Origin: Octopus vulgaris
Lineage: Eukaryota
Direction: 5' to 3'
NCBI GenBank assembly: GCA_951406725.2
Contig: OX597819.1
Span: forward strand, 104,036,001-104,100,000
Length of the DNA: 64,000 nucleotides
In this document: positions 1-14,433 of the stretch, piece after piece
Position numbering within the stretch: position 1 is the stretch's first letter
Layout of the letters: each line of letters starts with the position of its first letter
Program-made: the position numbers and the translations under genes
Notes under the pieces: model-generated
The model's input: only the letters and a program-made list of their open reading frames with translations
Databases searched by the model: none
What the model was told of the DNA's origin: nothing

Positions 1-170
1 AAGTTGTCTTGCTGTAGAGCCGAACCGGGGTCTTAGTGACTGAAAAACGAACGTGGTTGAAGCAATTGATGTTCTTGATATGCAACTTTTTTCCTCATAT
101 TCTGACATTGAAGTGGGCACCAATTTTTGTCTTACGACAGCCTAGTGTAGTTAAAGGCATGCCTGTTTAT
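1..170 (-). CDS. Candidate host-gene exon running off the window edge (possible start MSEYEEKSCISRTSIASTTFVFQSLRPRFGSTARQL...)
   Basis: Minus-strand acceptor ttcattctccttcag ends at 171. An ATG at 108 opens a frame with no stop down to base 1. The sequence is unique and non-repetitive, but I recognise no homology. Confidence 0.3.
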
Positions 171-1650
171 CTGAAGGAGAATGAATTAATGTTTTTCACC
201 AGAAATGTATGTGATACAAGCGTTGCCAAAACAGAAAAAGAAAAGCCACCACCACCACCAAACAACAACAAAAACAAAAATGAAAAAAACAAAAAGAAAG
301 AAAAACCCTAAAATGAGAGCTTCAAGAGATTTAAATCGCTCAAACTAGACCGTATATCACGACAGAGCATCATAACTCCATAAGTCGAGTGCCCTATGCA
401 AGTTAAAGCAATGTAGGACATACCTGTCCAGAATGCCTCCACCACAAAAAAAAACAACAAAAAAGAAAAGAAAAAGGTGAATTGACAAGGATAAGAAAGA
501 GAACCTCTACACTCTTAAACATTCTTCTATCCCTGCTTACCAAAACATCACTCGGAAGGAGGTCGAGAAACTATCGAAATAGTTTGAAATAAAAATAAGT
601 AGGATGCAGAGTACGAAAGTAGAAACAGTATCAGTTATAAGTCGATTACAAGTTTAATAAAGAACTTGAAACCAAATCATACCAGTGTATATAACTCTAC
701 AAACTTTCTTCCCTGTAAAATAGATCTGCTCGACACAGTTCGTGTCCAACTCACATTACATTTAACTTCACAATCCACGCAGCGCATACTTAGCTCAATC
801 GTAATTAAATAATACAATTCACATAACATATATTGTACAGAATCCTCACCCTACATTATAACATGACCCACACATCACATCCTCTACACAGGTAACCCGA
901 CCCACTCGTCTCTCCATCTCCCGCCATACTTGTTGCATCTAACATCCCTTTCCCCGCACTAACCACTATGTCCACGCTTTCATTCTCAGTGCATCATCGC
1001 TCTACCTTTGCTCATGTCTTCTCTGCAGGTGTTGACCTACAACAGTTTAATCGAAGCATTAACAACATAAAGTACCCCAGTCTTGGAGGGCCTGCAAAAG
1101 TCATAGATACTGCCTTACCTCTTCCTCTAGACTCAGCAATTAAAAAAGAAAAACATTCACCATCTCGCACAAAACACGATTCACACGTTATATACGAAAC
1201 GCAGCCATCACCCTACACTATAACACAACCCATACATTATCTACGGAACACAATCATCACCCTGCACAATCCACGCATCATGTATTCTACACTCTTTCTA
1301 GGAATAATTATTCAGCACTTTCGGCAGGCAAAATACACCTCTCTAAGATTAATTACCCCTTTAAGATACGTAAGTATCTTATTTCCGAGAGAGTATGCAC
1401 TTCAGCCTCGAAGAAATAACTTCCATGTTGATTATTCCGAGACACAACTGGATGTATAAGTGTCTGCTTTAGAAATACTCGTCCGTTCCGGGTAGTTTTA
1501 TATCCAACCTCACATAACCAATAACGATTTACTGTTAGTACATTGAGGGACTCTGCCTTTTTTTCTTACGCTGGATGAGAAGTATAGTACACAAAACAGA
1601 ACGATCTGAAGCGGAACAATCACGACCAGGCCCAATTAAATTATTATCTA

Positions 1651-1948
1651 CTAGCAGTATCGCCCGGCGTTGCTCGGGTTTGTAAGGGAAATAACTATAT
1701 AAGCATTTATAGAGAGTTACTTCCCTTATATAAACCGAGCGAAAATGCATTAAAAATGCGGAAAAATTATGGTAATTTGTTTTTAATCGTAGACTCATCG
1801 TAGACGCGCGCTATTACCTAGAAGGGCTCGATATGAATCACGACTATAAGATACCCGCTTTTGGTTAAACTGCACCGCAAAATGTGGGAGTAGTTAGGAA
1901 TCTAAATCGTAGGAGACAAACACACAACTTCACTTTTATATATAAAGA
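1651..1948 (-). mobile_element. Non-autonomous Helitron
   Basis: The minus strand starts A|TCTTTATATATAAAAG and ends with a GC hairpin CCCGAGCAACGCCGGG followed by CTAG|T. It is inserted between A and T with no TSD. Confidence 0.85.
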
Positions 1949-2259
1949 TATGCACATTTGTTGAGAACATAAGGTGAAAAGTAGACGCTATATGACAAAT
2001 AAAGGCGTGCCCTTTAAAGTACGCAAAAATACTCAATACATGACATGCAATTAATTATTAAACTGAGATTCCACACCGTTAATTTGAGTTTCACGTTGCT
2101 GATTTTTCACTGCTATTCGTATACATACGGTTAGTACCACTCACTCTGTAAGGATCATAGGGCCGCGCGCGCACACAGAAATATGCCTATGGATACATGC
2201 ACGGTTTCTGCTTACAGATTACAAAATAGTAACCATGCCATATATGCACACACACACAT

Positions 2260-2671
2260 TCTTCTTCATCTCTTCTCCACCTTCCCTCCCTTCTCCCCTC
2301 TTCTTTTTCTTCCTCCTCCTTGTCCTCTGCCTCTTTCATTCATTCATTCATTCAGTCATTCTTTCTTTCTTTTTCTGGTCCTCTTCTTCTTCTTCTTCTC
2401 CTTCTTCTTCTTCTTCTTCTTGTCTTCTTTTTCTTCTTGTCTTCTGCTTCATTCCTTCATTCATTCATTCATTCAGTCTTTCTTTCTTTCTTTTTCTCGT
2501 CGTCGTCGTCCTCTTTCTCCTCCTCCTCCTCCTTCTTCTTATGATGATGACGACGGCGGCGGTGATGACGACGACGGCGGCGGTGATAACGACGACGACG
2601 ACGACGATGCTGATGATGATGGTGTTGATGGCGCCCATGACAATGTTGATGGTGGTGGTGGTGGTGGCTGC

Positions 2672-2702
<31 letters not shown>

Positions 2703-2810
2703 GTAGTGATAACAGAAATGGCAATGTAGTGATGACGACGACGATAATTGTGATCATAACTTATGATCCTGTTGATGATACTGATGATGGTGGGGTTGAT
2801 GTTGATGTTT
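2260..2810. repeat. Compound (CTT)n/(TTCA)n/(GAT,GAC,GGT)n low-complexity tract
   Basis: Read directly from the sequence. Confidence 0.9.
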
Positions 2811-3012
2811 AACTGCAGACCAGACCTATTCAAGTAAGCCTATGGCGAAAGACATTCCAGCCGTAACCATCCCATCTTGTAACACATAGTTTCTGACTAC
2901 ATAATCCAATATGGACTCCATTTTCTTACCGACGGCAGAATGTAATTTCAGAGAGATTAATTACTATTTCTAGCTAATGAAGCGACCACATTGAAACTCT
3001 CCCCGCTGGCGC
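2810..3012. mobile_element. Old interspersed repeat (SINE-like), related to 38220-38450
   Basis: Shares degenerate blocks (TATG..AAG.CATTCCA.CC, ATAATC.AAT, AGAG.GAT...T..CT.TT) with the 38.2-38.4 kb copy. Confidence 0.45.
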
Positions 3013-3231
3013 CTGTTAGAAGTCAACTTGTTGGTAATGATGATTATGATGATGATGACGACGACGACGACGATGATGACGACAATGGTGATGACGATGA
3101 TGCTGATGGTGGTGATAATGGTGTTGAATGATGTTGGTGGCGATGTTGACGATGGTGTTGTTCATGATGATGATGATGATGATAAGGATGTCACCGCCGC
3201 CGATACGACGATCCTGCTGCTGCTGCTACTA

Positions 3232-3495
<264 letters not shown>

Positions 3496-3589
3496 GATGA
3501 TGATATATCCATTGAAACGAGCTGATCGAAATACAGTTTCTGTCAACTCAGATTGACCAAAAAGATCCAAAGACGATGATGTCAGTGGC

Positions 3590-4922
3590 GGTGGCATAGG
3601 CGGAGGTGGTGGTGGTGGTGGTGTTATTGGTTGTGATGTTAGCGGATAGTGTGGTGATGGTAGTGGTAGTGGTGGCGTCGGTGGACAAGAATTAACTTGG
3701 TGGTGGTAGAACTAATGGTGGTTGGTAGGAACAAAGATGGTGGCGTCTTTGGGTTTGGCGGTAAAGACGATGGGGTCGGTGGGAATACTGGTGGTGCTGG
3801 TGGTGATGCTGGTGGTGGTGTGGGTGATGGCGGTGGTGGTCGTAGTGGTGATGGTCATCATAGTGGTAGTGGTGGTGGTGGTGGTATTGGTGATAGTGAG
3901 GGTAGTATTGTTGTTTGCTGGTGTGGTATTGGTGGTGGCGGTGATATTGGTAGTAGTGGCATTGCAGTTGTTGGTATTGATAGTGGTAGTTGTGGTATGG
4001 GTGATGGTGGTATGAGTGATGGTGGTATGGGTGATGGTGGCATGGGTGATGGTAGTATTGGTGATGGTGGTATGGGTGATGGTGGTATATGGTGGTGGTA
4101 CAGTGACACAATAGTTGTATCAGTGTTTGAACTCTTGGTCCTGCGAGGAGGAAGGTAAAATCTAAGAAGTTGACGGTCTTGAACTTTAAATCCATTCCAC
4201 CGTAATGGCTCATGCGTTGCTAATTATCCCTGAAATTGTCTACTCACTTCCATGACACCGTTTAGCTTTAAAATAGGTGGTAGTAGTTGGGTGGTGGCGG
4301 TTAAAACAGTGGTAGTGATGGTAATAGTGAGAGTAGGGGTAGAAGTAAGAGTAGCAATAGTGGTGATCAAGGCGGTGGTAGTGAAAGTAGTGGTGGTGGT
4401 AGCGGTAATGGTAGTTTGGTGGTGATTGAAGTGGTATAGGTAGAAGTCAAGTGATCATGATGGTGATTGTCGCAGAAGTAGTAGTGGAGGAAGTAGTTGC
4501 AGTGGTGGTGATGTTGACGATGTTGGTGGTGATAGTGGTGGTGATGGTGATGGTGGTGCTGATGGTGGTGGTGGTGGTGGTGTTGGAGGTTATGGCGGTG
4601 ATGATAGTGGTGGTGATAGTGGTGGTGGTGGTGGTGGTGATAGTGGTGGTTGTGTCAGTGGATTTATTGGTGGTGGTGGTGATGACGGAGGTGGTGGTGG
4701 TGGTGGTGGTAGTGGCAGTATATTTGGTAGTGATGGTGGTGGAGGTAGTAGTGGGGCTGAGAAGCTGATGATTGTGGAGGGAACGATGTTGACAATAGTG
4801 AGCGTGATGATGGTGATGATGGTGGTGGTAGTTATTAATTATTATGTAGTGGTAGTGGTGATGACAGCGGCTGTTATTGGCGGTGGGGGTGGAGGTGGCG
4901 GAACTGATGACGGTGATGATGG
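3590..4922. repeat. Degenerate (GGT)n-rich tract including a 15-bp minisatellite GGTGATGGTGGTATG at about 3993-4090
   Basis: Read directly; about 6 tandem 15-mers. Confidence 0.9.
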
Positions 4923-5199
4923 CAGCCTTTTCAGAAATTGCTGTTTCACGTTATATTGCACACGAGAAATCTGTGTGCAATTGTCTGCTGCCCATTTCAT
5001 GTGCAATGTTGTCAGTTATGGCTGCCTAATGTACAATTGCAGATGAAATAAAGAGGAAATATTTGTTAAGGCAAGCTGCTATGAATATATCTCATCATCG
5101 CCTCGTCAATTTATTTTCACCTTAGTCCTGTCTAAATAACCTCATCATAATCATTCTATATACATCATTCCATCGTCGTCTGATACACCATCCTCACTC

Positions 5200-5329
5200 G
5201 TTCCCCTCTCCTGATCCTCCGATCCTCTCCTTCCTTCTCTTCTTTTCTCAACCTCTCTCTCTTCCTGTCCGTCTGTCTGTCTGTATGTCTGTCTGTCTGT
5301 CTGTGTGTGTGTGTGCGTGCGTGTCTGTG

Positions 5330-5413
<84 letters not shown>

Positions 5414-5915
5414 GCAGTTCTCTCTTCATTTTCCTCTTTGGAATACTTTCCCCCCTCTCTCGCTTCCTCTCTCTTCACCTCCACTCTTTTTCTATTTCCA
5501 TTCGTCGCCGTCTCTCTTTCACGATCTCCTCCTTTTCTTTCTATGTGATACTCAACTGCATTTCTCTCTCTCTGTATCTCTTACTATTTCCCTTCCTTTC
5601 TTTCCTTTATCTCTACATCTCTTCCTTTCTCTTTAAGATAACCTTGGTCTCTCATCATCGCTCTCTGTATTTCACGTCACATCTCTTAGTCTGTCTGTCT
5701 GGCTATCTGTCTCTGAGATAATCCCCATTGCACTATCTCCTTCTCTCTAATTCACTTAATCTCTCTCTCATCTCCTTTTCGCTCTCTTTCTCTATTTATC
5801 TCTATCTCTTGCGGTCTCACCCTACCTTCCTATCTGAAATCTTACTCTTCCCCTTTCTTTCTTTCGATTCCACTTCACGTTTCTTGGACGCAGTCTTTCT
5901 TGCGCCCCCCCCCCC

Positions 5916-5952
<37 letters not shown>

Positions 5953-6549
5953 TCACTTAAGCTCTCTCTCGAATGTCTCTCTTTCATTATTTATCCTTAC
6001 TCTGTTACTTCCTCTTCTTTAACTCATTCTTCTTAAACTTTCTCCATCTCTCACAATTTCTCTTTCATTTCATATCCAAGTCTCTCTTGCTCCTTCAGAT
6101 AATGTCTTTCACTTCGAGCTCTCATGTCTCACTCCCCCTTTTCTCTTTCTTTTACTCTCTTTCACTCTCTTTGGCTCTCTCTCTCTCTCTCACTTCTTCA
6201 CTTCATGTCACTTTCTCTCCTACCTCGTATCTCGCTTTCTCGTTCTCTCTCTTACTCTCTCTGTCGCTTTCTCTTATCTCCACACTAGATATCTCTGTCT
6301 CACATACTCCTCCTCTCTCTAATACTCCCTTTCGTTGTCTCTCTCACTCTCTCTCCCCATTGCATGTGTTACTGTCTCTCTCTCACCGTCCCTCTTTCTC
6401 TTCTTTTCTCTATCTTTACATTTCATGTCTGTCTTATTTTTCCATATTTTTATGTTTACCCCCACTTCATCCCCTCTCTTTCTCCCTCTCTCTCTCTCTC
6501 TCTGTATGCTTCTATATATGCTTCAGTTTTCCTATCCTACATGCCATTG

Positions 6550-6592
<43 letters not shown>

Positions 6593-6656
6593 TTGTCTGC
6601 CGTCACTTTGTCTTTGTATGACGATGTGTTTCTATCTATCTATCTATCTATCTATG

Positions 6657-6693
<37 letters not shown>

Positions 6694-6694
6694 G

Positions 6695-6727
<33 letters not shown>

Positions 6728-7419
6728 GTATCTATCTATTTGTGGGTCTTTCTCTTTCTCTTCTGTCTGTCTCTCTAACTGATATTTTGTCTCTGTCCAT
6801 CTGTTTCTCTCTCTGTTTCTCCCTCTTTCTCTTTCTCTCTTTCTCCCTCTTTTTCTTCTTTCTTCAGTTTTCCTGCCTGTCTTTCTTATCTTTTCTTCCT
6901 CCCTTTCCCCTCCCAGTCTCTCAAAATATTCTTCAATTTCCTATCCCCCCCCACCTAGATATTTCCTTCACTTGCTCTCTTCTCTTCTTTTCCCTCTCTT
7001 CTCCTACACTCTTTCTCTTTGTCTGACTTAGCATTCTCACTGGAAGGCCTCCGCTTCCCCCTTTCTTTCTCTAACTCCGTCTCTCCCTCTCCCTCTATCT
7101 CTCATCCCATTTTCCTGCCTTTGCTTCTATCTCTATTTTTCATTATCCTCTCTCTTCTTCTCCTTGCTTTCTGTGGCCACAACCCCTTCTTTATTTCTAT
7201 CCTTCTCTCTCTGATTCTCTTGTTTTTACTCTCTTTTTCTTCAACTTTATTTCTTGTCATTCTCTTCTCATCTCTTTCTGATACTCGTGCTGCTGGTGCT
7301 CTTCTTCTTCTTCTTCTTCTTCTTCTTCTTCTTCTTCTTCTTCTTCTTCTTCTTCTTCTTCTTCTTCTTCTTCTTCTTCTTCTTCTTCTTCTTCTTCTTC
7401 TTCTTCTTCTTCTTCTTCT

Positions 7420-7453
<34 letters not shown>

Positions 7454-7793
7454 TCTGCTTCGGTTTTTCTATCTTCTTCCTTGTTGTTGCTATTGTTCCT
7501 GTTGTTGATGTTTTTGTTGTTGTTCTTGTTCTTGTTCTTTTTCTTTTTCTTTTCCCCTTCCTCTCCCCCTCTTCTTCTTCTTCATTCTCCTTCACCTCTT
7601 CCTGCTTCTGATTTTCCTTCTTACTTCTTCTTGTTGTCGTTGTTGTTGTTATTCTTCTTCCCCTTCCTCCCCTGCCCTTCATCTTCCTCTCCATTTTCTC
7701 CTCCTTCTCCTCTCCTTCCTCTTCCGCCTCCTCCTCCTCCTTCTCCCCCTCCTCCTTCTTCTTCTTCTTCACCTCTTCTTGTTTCTACTTTTC

Positions 7794-7836
<43 letters not shown>

Positions 7837-8180
7837 ACCTCTTCTTGCTTCTGTTTTTCCTTCTTCTCCTTTGTGGTTGTTCTTTTTCTTTCTTTCTTTC
7901 ATTCTTTCTTTTTTCCTTTCTTCTTCATTCTCCTCTACCACTTCTTCTTTCTTTCGTGTTCTTTTCCCTTCATCTTCCTTTTTGTTGTCATTCATTCTTT
8001 TATTTTTATTGTTGTCGTTCATACTGCTGTAATATTCCCTTCTTACCTTCACTCCCCTCTCTTCATGTCTAACCCCGCTAACGCCTTTCACCTCCTCTCT
8101 CTCTCACACCCTTCCTCTTTCTCTCTCTTTGTAATCATTTATACACTCCCCTTATTCCGTCCACTCTCTTTTTTTTTCTA
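5200..8180. repeat. About 3 kb pyrimidine-rich tract with (CTAT)n, (CT)n and (CTT)n (7300-7445)
   Basis: Strong C/T strand bias on the + strand. Confidence 0.95.
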
Positions 8181-8483
8181 CATATTCAGAAGAAAAGGCT
8201 ATAAAAAACAAAGAAATAAAGATGGTTGCCACCGCCATTCTGCTTTCTCTTGTCCAACTTAACAAGATGACCTTAAAGGGTCCGTCTGCGTTTGTGCGTG
8301 TGTGAGTGTGTGTATGTGCATGTGTGTGTATATATTTGTGTGTGTTTGTTTATTTATTGATGGGAGTGTACATCTGGGGGTACGTGAATATGTTTGCTCA
8401 TAAATGTGGATAAGTGTGTGAGTGTGTGTGTTTGTCCATTCTCTCATTTATATGTATACGTATGTAAATGTGTGTGTGTGTGT

Positions 8484-8518
<35 letters not shown>

Positions 8519-8576
8519 TATATTTGTGTGTGTGAAAGTATATGTATGCATACACACACACACATATATGATTGTG

Positions 8577-8653
<77 letters not shown>

Positions 8654-9299
8654 GTATATATATATGTATGTATATGTGTGTACATGTGTATGTGTATGTA
8701 TATATGCGTGTATGGATTTGCATATGTGTTTGTTTGCCTCTGTGTGTGTAAACGATTACATATTAAGAGACCATATTGTGTGCGAGCTTGCATACATACA
8801 CACACACACATACACACACACACACACATATGCGTGCTTGTGTATTTATAAGTGTGTACGCGTATGTATGTTCTGTTCTCTTTTCCTCCTCTCTGTATGT
8901 AATTGTGTGCACGTGGACATTACACGGTCAGGGTTGGCGGGAGGAGCAATTACTGACATTGTTATCGTCTGCCAGCCATTTCGAACGAAGACATGGCGTA
9001 GCAGAGTGAACCAAAGCTAAATATGAACTTACTGATTATTTGCATCCTTTTAGCAATTTCCCCGACAATTATGATTGCAAGGTCAACAAGACTTCAGCAA
9101 ACATTTCACAAGCAAAATGAATAACTTAATATTTTTCTGACATGTCCGTCACCACTCATAATATGTTGTGATCCAATTTGACTTCGGCTGTTTCGACGTA
9201 AGCAGTCGGTCGGTCGGTCGGTCGATCGGCCGGGTGGTTGGTAGCTGGCTAGTTGGCTGGTTTGTCGGTGGGATGGATGTGTGATACAACATATATGCA

Positions 9300-9333
<34 letters not shown>

Positions 9334-9457
9334 CAGACAAACATTTACACATAAATATATATATACAAACACAAATACATGTACGTAACACACACACGCA
9401 CATATATATGGATATATGCAAATATGTACATATATGCACACATACACACACATACAT

Positions 9458-9512
<55 letters not shown>

Positions 9513-9673
9513 CGCGCACACACGTACATATGTACATAGGAATCTATATATACACACATATATTAACGAGCAGATGGGACGGCATATGTGTGTATGTACG
9601 GGGTAGAGGACTGGATGAGAAAGAAAATGAGAAAGACATATATTGATAAATAGATAGATAGAAGGGAGGGAGG

Positions 9674-9708
<35 letters not shown>

Positions 9709-9944
9709 AGTGAGATAGTGAAATTGGAAGAGAGACATGCAAAAAGAAAAAAAGAAAGAAAAGAAAAAAGACAGGTACCCCTAGTAGAAAATGGCTAGTG
9801 TTTAAACAGGCTAAAGAGAATATTGCAAGAGGTAGGGGTATGTAGAAGAATCGGAGTAAAAATAATTAAGAGATGGATGAATAAAAGTAAGACTAATATG
9901 TTGATGCAAATAAGTTGTGTGTATGTATGTGTGTGTGTGTGTGT

Positions 9945-10434
<490 letters not shown>

Positions 10435-10492
10435 AAGATATAGATATAAGATGATAGGTAGACAGATGATTACATAGATATACGGTTAGTTC

Positions 10493-10529
<37 letters not shown>

Positions 10530-11127
10530 ACAATCCTATCTGTCTATCTATCTATTTATCTGCCATTATGAATTCATACACACATACAGGTATACAATGG
10601 TTTACAAATGAAAGAAAAACACTCAATTCGACTCGTTTTATAGAATTTATCTCTAATTGTATAAACAGTTCGACACAGAATTGTATTACTTCAAGTTTCA
10701 TAGGAGTGCGAAAACCATTCCGGAACCGTCGCTCGATGTTTTTGAGAACAAGACCTTCACTGCTTCTATGTAAAGCTGATAGTCATTGGATAAGTAAAAC
10801 TGGTTCCATTCATGTGGTGGTAGGATGATCTAAACTAACTGTACTCTGAACTAATTAGCCAGTTCATTGATTAATTCATACCACTTGATGGAGTTCTTCA
10901 TTGACGACTGGCATTGGTTGTTAGTAGAAGGTATTTGTCACTGACTGCTAAATACCGATGGATAGGGCTGTCACCAGTTTGTATTAGGATCAATCAGTGG
11001 CAGCAGATAGACGGTATGCAAAAAATAGTCTCTCTTCTTCGAGTTAGAAATTTCAGAGTTAGGAGTGATTTATAGAGGATCATACAATGCCTATGATGGT
11101 AATAATGTAGGTTTATAGAAGATATTA

Positions 11128-11241
11128 CACACATGATTCCGCATTCAGTCCCACTGCGTGGCACCTAGGGCAAGTGTTTTCTACATATCCTTGTGAGTGG
11201 ATATGGTGGACGAAAACTGAAAGAAGCCTGTCATATATATA

Positions 11242-11277
<36 letters not shown>

Positions 11278-11519
11278 TTATGTATGTATGTGTGTGTGTG
11301 TGTGTATGTGTGTGTATGTACGTGTGTGTGTCTTTGCGCTTGTGTTTGTTCCCCAGCACCGCTTGACAACCGGTGCTGGTGTTTTTACATCTCCGTAATT
11401 TAGCGGTTCGGCGAAAGAATCGATAGAATAAATATGAGGCTTTAAAAAAATAAGTACAAGGGTCGATTCATTCGAATAAAAAATTCTTGAAGATAGGGCT
11501 CCAATAAGTAAAAGATAAA
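11128..11519 (+). mobile_element. SINE family A, 5'-truncated and degraded
   Basis: CAGTCCCACTGCGTGGCACC...GGCAAGTG, internal (TA)/(TG) tract, TTAGCGGTTCGGC, GATAGAATAA. Confidence 0.9.
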
Positions 11520-12329
11520 AAATTTTGCATGCACATACATATATAAGCATATCTTAGCTAGTGTAACGGAGTGCTTGCTATGTGAAAATAGAACCATAAT
11601 AATATTTTCGGTCGGAAGGAGTGGATCATAAATCCATTTTATCCTTTCCACTGTCAGCAATATGAAACTGCTCGAGTGGCATCGAAATAAATCTGCTCAA
11701 AAAGCAAATTTTTTTTCCACTGACAACGATACGAGGTATTATCAGAAACACGTGTCTGGGACAAATTAATACGTAATATCAATATTTGAGTTTTCTCATG
11801 TAGTTTGCATATATGTTCTTATACATACACGTACTCACGTTACCCCGCACATGGTCACACATTCACACATACGGACACACACACACGCACACACACATAT
11901 ACACACATACATACATGCATACACACACATACACATACATACACACATATAACCAAAATAAAATTAAGATACGAGAACATTTAATAGAAAAGGATAACTA
12001 AACATGAAAAACCTGTCATCAGCTATGAAGACCAGAATCAGTGTAGTTTCGGCACTTTTAGAATCCGAAGAGTTTAATCCCACTGAACTACTCCTCTGCC
12101 CGTGCCTACAGTGATTGCAAATATCAGTGAGGTGGTGGACATTACGAAGAAAAAGACTTAGAATATTGAAGAAATCAACAAATGAGATGAAAATTACAGA
12201 CAGACACTAGTAATAATTTAACAAATATGATTATAGTCTTTTAACTGGGCACGGGAAGTAGAAAGTACCAGTGAAAAAGAAATGAGAATAAAACATTCGT
12301 CACTATACAAAAATAAAGGAAATAATTTA

Positions 12330-12649
12330 AGAACAAATGACCAACCTCTCGAAAGAGCTGTTCTTCACTCCCGCTCCAGAGCGTCGGCTGCGGGGTCATT
12401 CCGAAAAGCTCTACCTGCGACGATTTCATCTCAATCGAAGGAGAGGAGCTTTCTCCGTCCGGGTTGCGGATCCGTGGAACAAGCTGCCAGACGAGATGGT
12501 GAAGATGCCGACGACCGCTTTGTTCAAAGCCTCCCTGGACCTCAAGTGGCCTGAACTCTTTACATGAACACCACCCTGTACTTAACTCCATGTCCCCCTA
12601 CATGGCCTTGCTATTTGCTTTTGAGCCAAATTAACTAACTAACTAACTA
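12330..12649 (+). mobile_element. CR1-type LINE 3' end
   Basis: ORF motif LRGHSEKL...FSVRVADPWNKLP...FKASLD, followed by a short 3'UTR and a (TAAC)n tail. Confidence 0.9.
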
Positions 12650-13405
12650 CGTTCGGTGTATGAAAGACAGAATGAAAGAATGTTGGAATTGGCTAGGGAG
12701 CAGAAGCAGCGGCAAAGCACAAGAAACAAGTTGATTAGAGGAAACGTAAGAAAGGGACAGAAAGAAAGAGTGACAGGGAGAACAAGCGAGTGGGACAAAA
12801 AGAGAGAAAATGTTAGCGAGATACACATATACGTACATAATACAATAAAATGGATCTGCTGTTATCCGAAGTAATCCAGAAGGGTAGTCCAAGAGTGTCT
12901 AAGTTGGCAATACCAGGGGGTTATTCGGTATGGACATAAATGGACCTCAGCGCGTCTTCCCTGAGGAGACCTTTTAAATATACAGCATGGGCAGCAAATA
13001 ATAACACACTAGGTTTTGTTTGACGCTATATGAATGCGAGAAAGAACTGTTTTGAGTTCGACTTACTTGTCTTTCATTGGAGAGAGTGAAAGAGAGAGAG
13101 TGAGAGAGAGAGAGAGAGAGAGTTAATCCACGCATGAATAAGAGCAGACCACCTCGGTAACGCATATAGATTTGTCTCTTTTCATTCTCTTTTTCTCTCT
13201 CTTTGTCACTTGTTTTCTTTTCGATTAAGGATAACACATACACACACAAAAGAGCAAAGAAAACAGAAAAAAACATGTAGTAATAAGGATTTTTTAGTGA
13301 GAGTTGTAGGTAGTAGTTTTGTTGGATGTAGTTGTAATAATATTGTAGTTATAATTAGTAGTAGTCAGTTGTAATAATTGCTGTAGAAGTGTGATAATAA
13401 TTATA

Positions 13406-13632
13406 TATTTCTTTATTGCCCACAAGGGGCTAAACATAGAGGGGACAAACAAGGACAAACAAAGGGATTAAGTCGATTACATCGACCCCAGTGCGAAACT
13501 GGTACTTTATTTATTGACCCCGAAAGGATGAAAGGCAAAGTCGACCTCGGCGGAATTTGAAGTCAGAACGTAGAGGCAGATGAAATACCGCTAAGCATTT
13601 CGCCCGGTGTGCTAACGATTCTGCCAGTTCGC
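13406..13632 (-). mobile_element. SINE family B, full length, with 16-bp TSD
   Basis: Head GCGAACTGGCAGAATCGTTAGC, body GCCTTTCATCCTTTCGGGGTC, tail GTGGGCAATAAAGAAATA. TSD TGTGATAATAATTATA at 13390-13405 and 13633-13648. Confidence 0.95.
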
Positions 13633-13688
13633 TGTGATAATAATTATAGTTGTAGTTATGGTAGTAGGTGGTGTTGTGGTAATGATAG

Positions 13689-13689
<1 letters not shown>

Positions 13690-13761
<72 letters not shown>

Positions 13762-13850
13762 ACTATAACTATTATTATTATTACTATTTTATTATTATTA
13801 TTACTATTATTATTATTATTATTATTATTACTATTTTATTATTATTATTA

Positions 13851-13902
<52 letters not shown>

Positions 13903-13956
13903 TTTATTATTATCATTATTACTATTTCATTATCATTATTATTATTACTATTACTA

Positions 13957-14032
<76 letters not shown>

Positions 14033-14042
14033 GTTGTTGTTG

Positions 14043-14130
<88 letters not shown>
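13690..14130. repeat. (ATT)n microsatellite
   Basis: About 440 bp run. Confidence 0.97.
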
Positions 14131-14139
14131 CTTTAATAA

Positions 14140-14356
14140 GACGGCGAACAGGCAGAATCGTTAGCACACCGGGCGAAATGCTTTGCGGCATTTCGTCCGT
14201 CTTTAAGCTCTGAGTTCAATTCCGCCGGCAGAGTTCGACTTTGCCTTTCATCCTTTCGGGGTCAATAAAGTAAGTACCAGTTAAACACTGGTGTCGATGT
14301 GATCGATTAGTCCCCTCTCCCCCAAAATTTCAAGCCTTCTGCCTATAGTAGAAAGG

Positions 14357-14360
<4 letters not shown>
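14140..14360 (+). mobile_element. SINE family B with alternative tail
   Basis: Same head and body as 13406-13632; ends GCCTATAGTAGAAAGGA plus (ATT)n. Confidence 0.92.

Positions 14361-14432
<72 letters not shown>

Positions 14433-14433
<1 letters not shown>

Noticed and set aside
320-1530. ORF 968-1459 or a decayed LINE
   Set aside because: No recognisable protein motif; a possible old Tx1-like remnant is too degraded to support.
3692-4213. His-rich (HHHPY)n / Gly-rich ORFs resembling cephalopod beak or structural proteins
   Set aside because: They derive from degenerate GGT repeats continuous with non-coding flanks; there is no signal peptide or splice support.
9027-9040. Strong minus-strand splice donor (CA|GTAAGT)
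   Set aside because: No matching acceptor or open frame was found; the hexamer is expected by chance.
12007-12059. Type II hammerhead on the minus strand (GAAACTA…TGGTC…CTGATGA)
   Set aside because: Stem III and the GUC site fit, but stem I has only about 2 bp and stem II needs a 2-nt insertion; probably chance.
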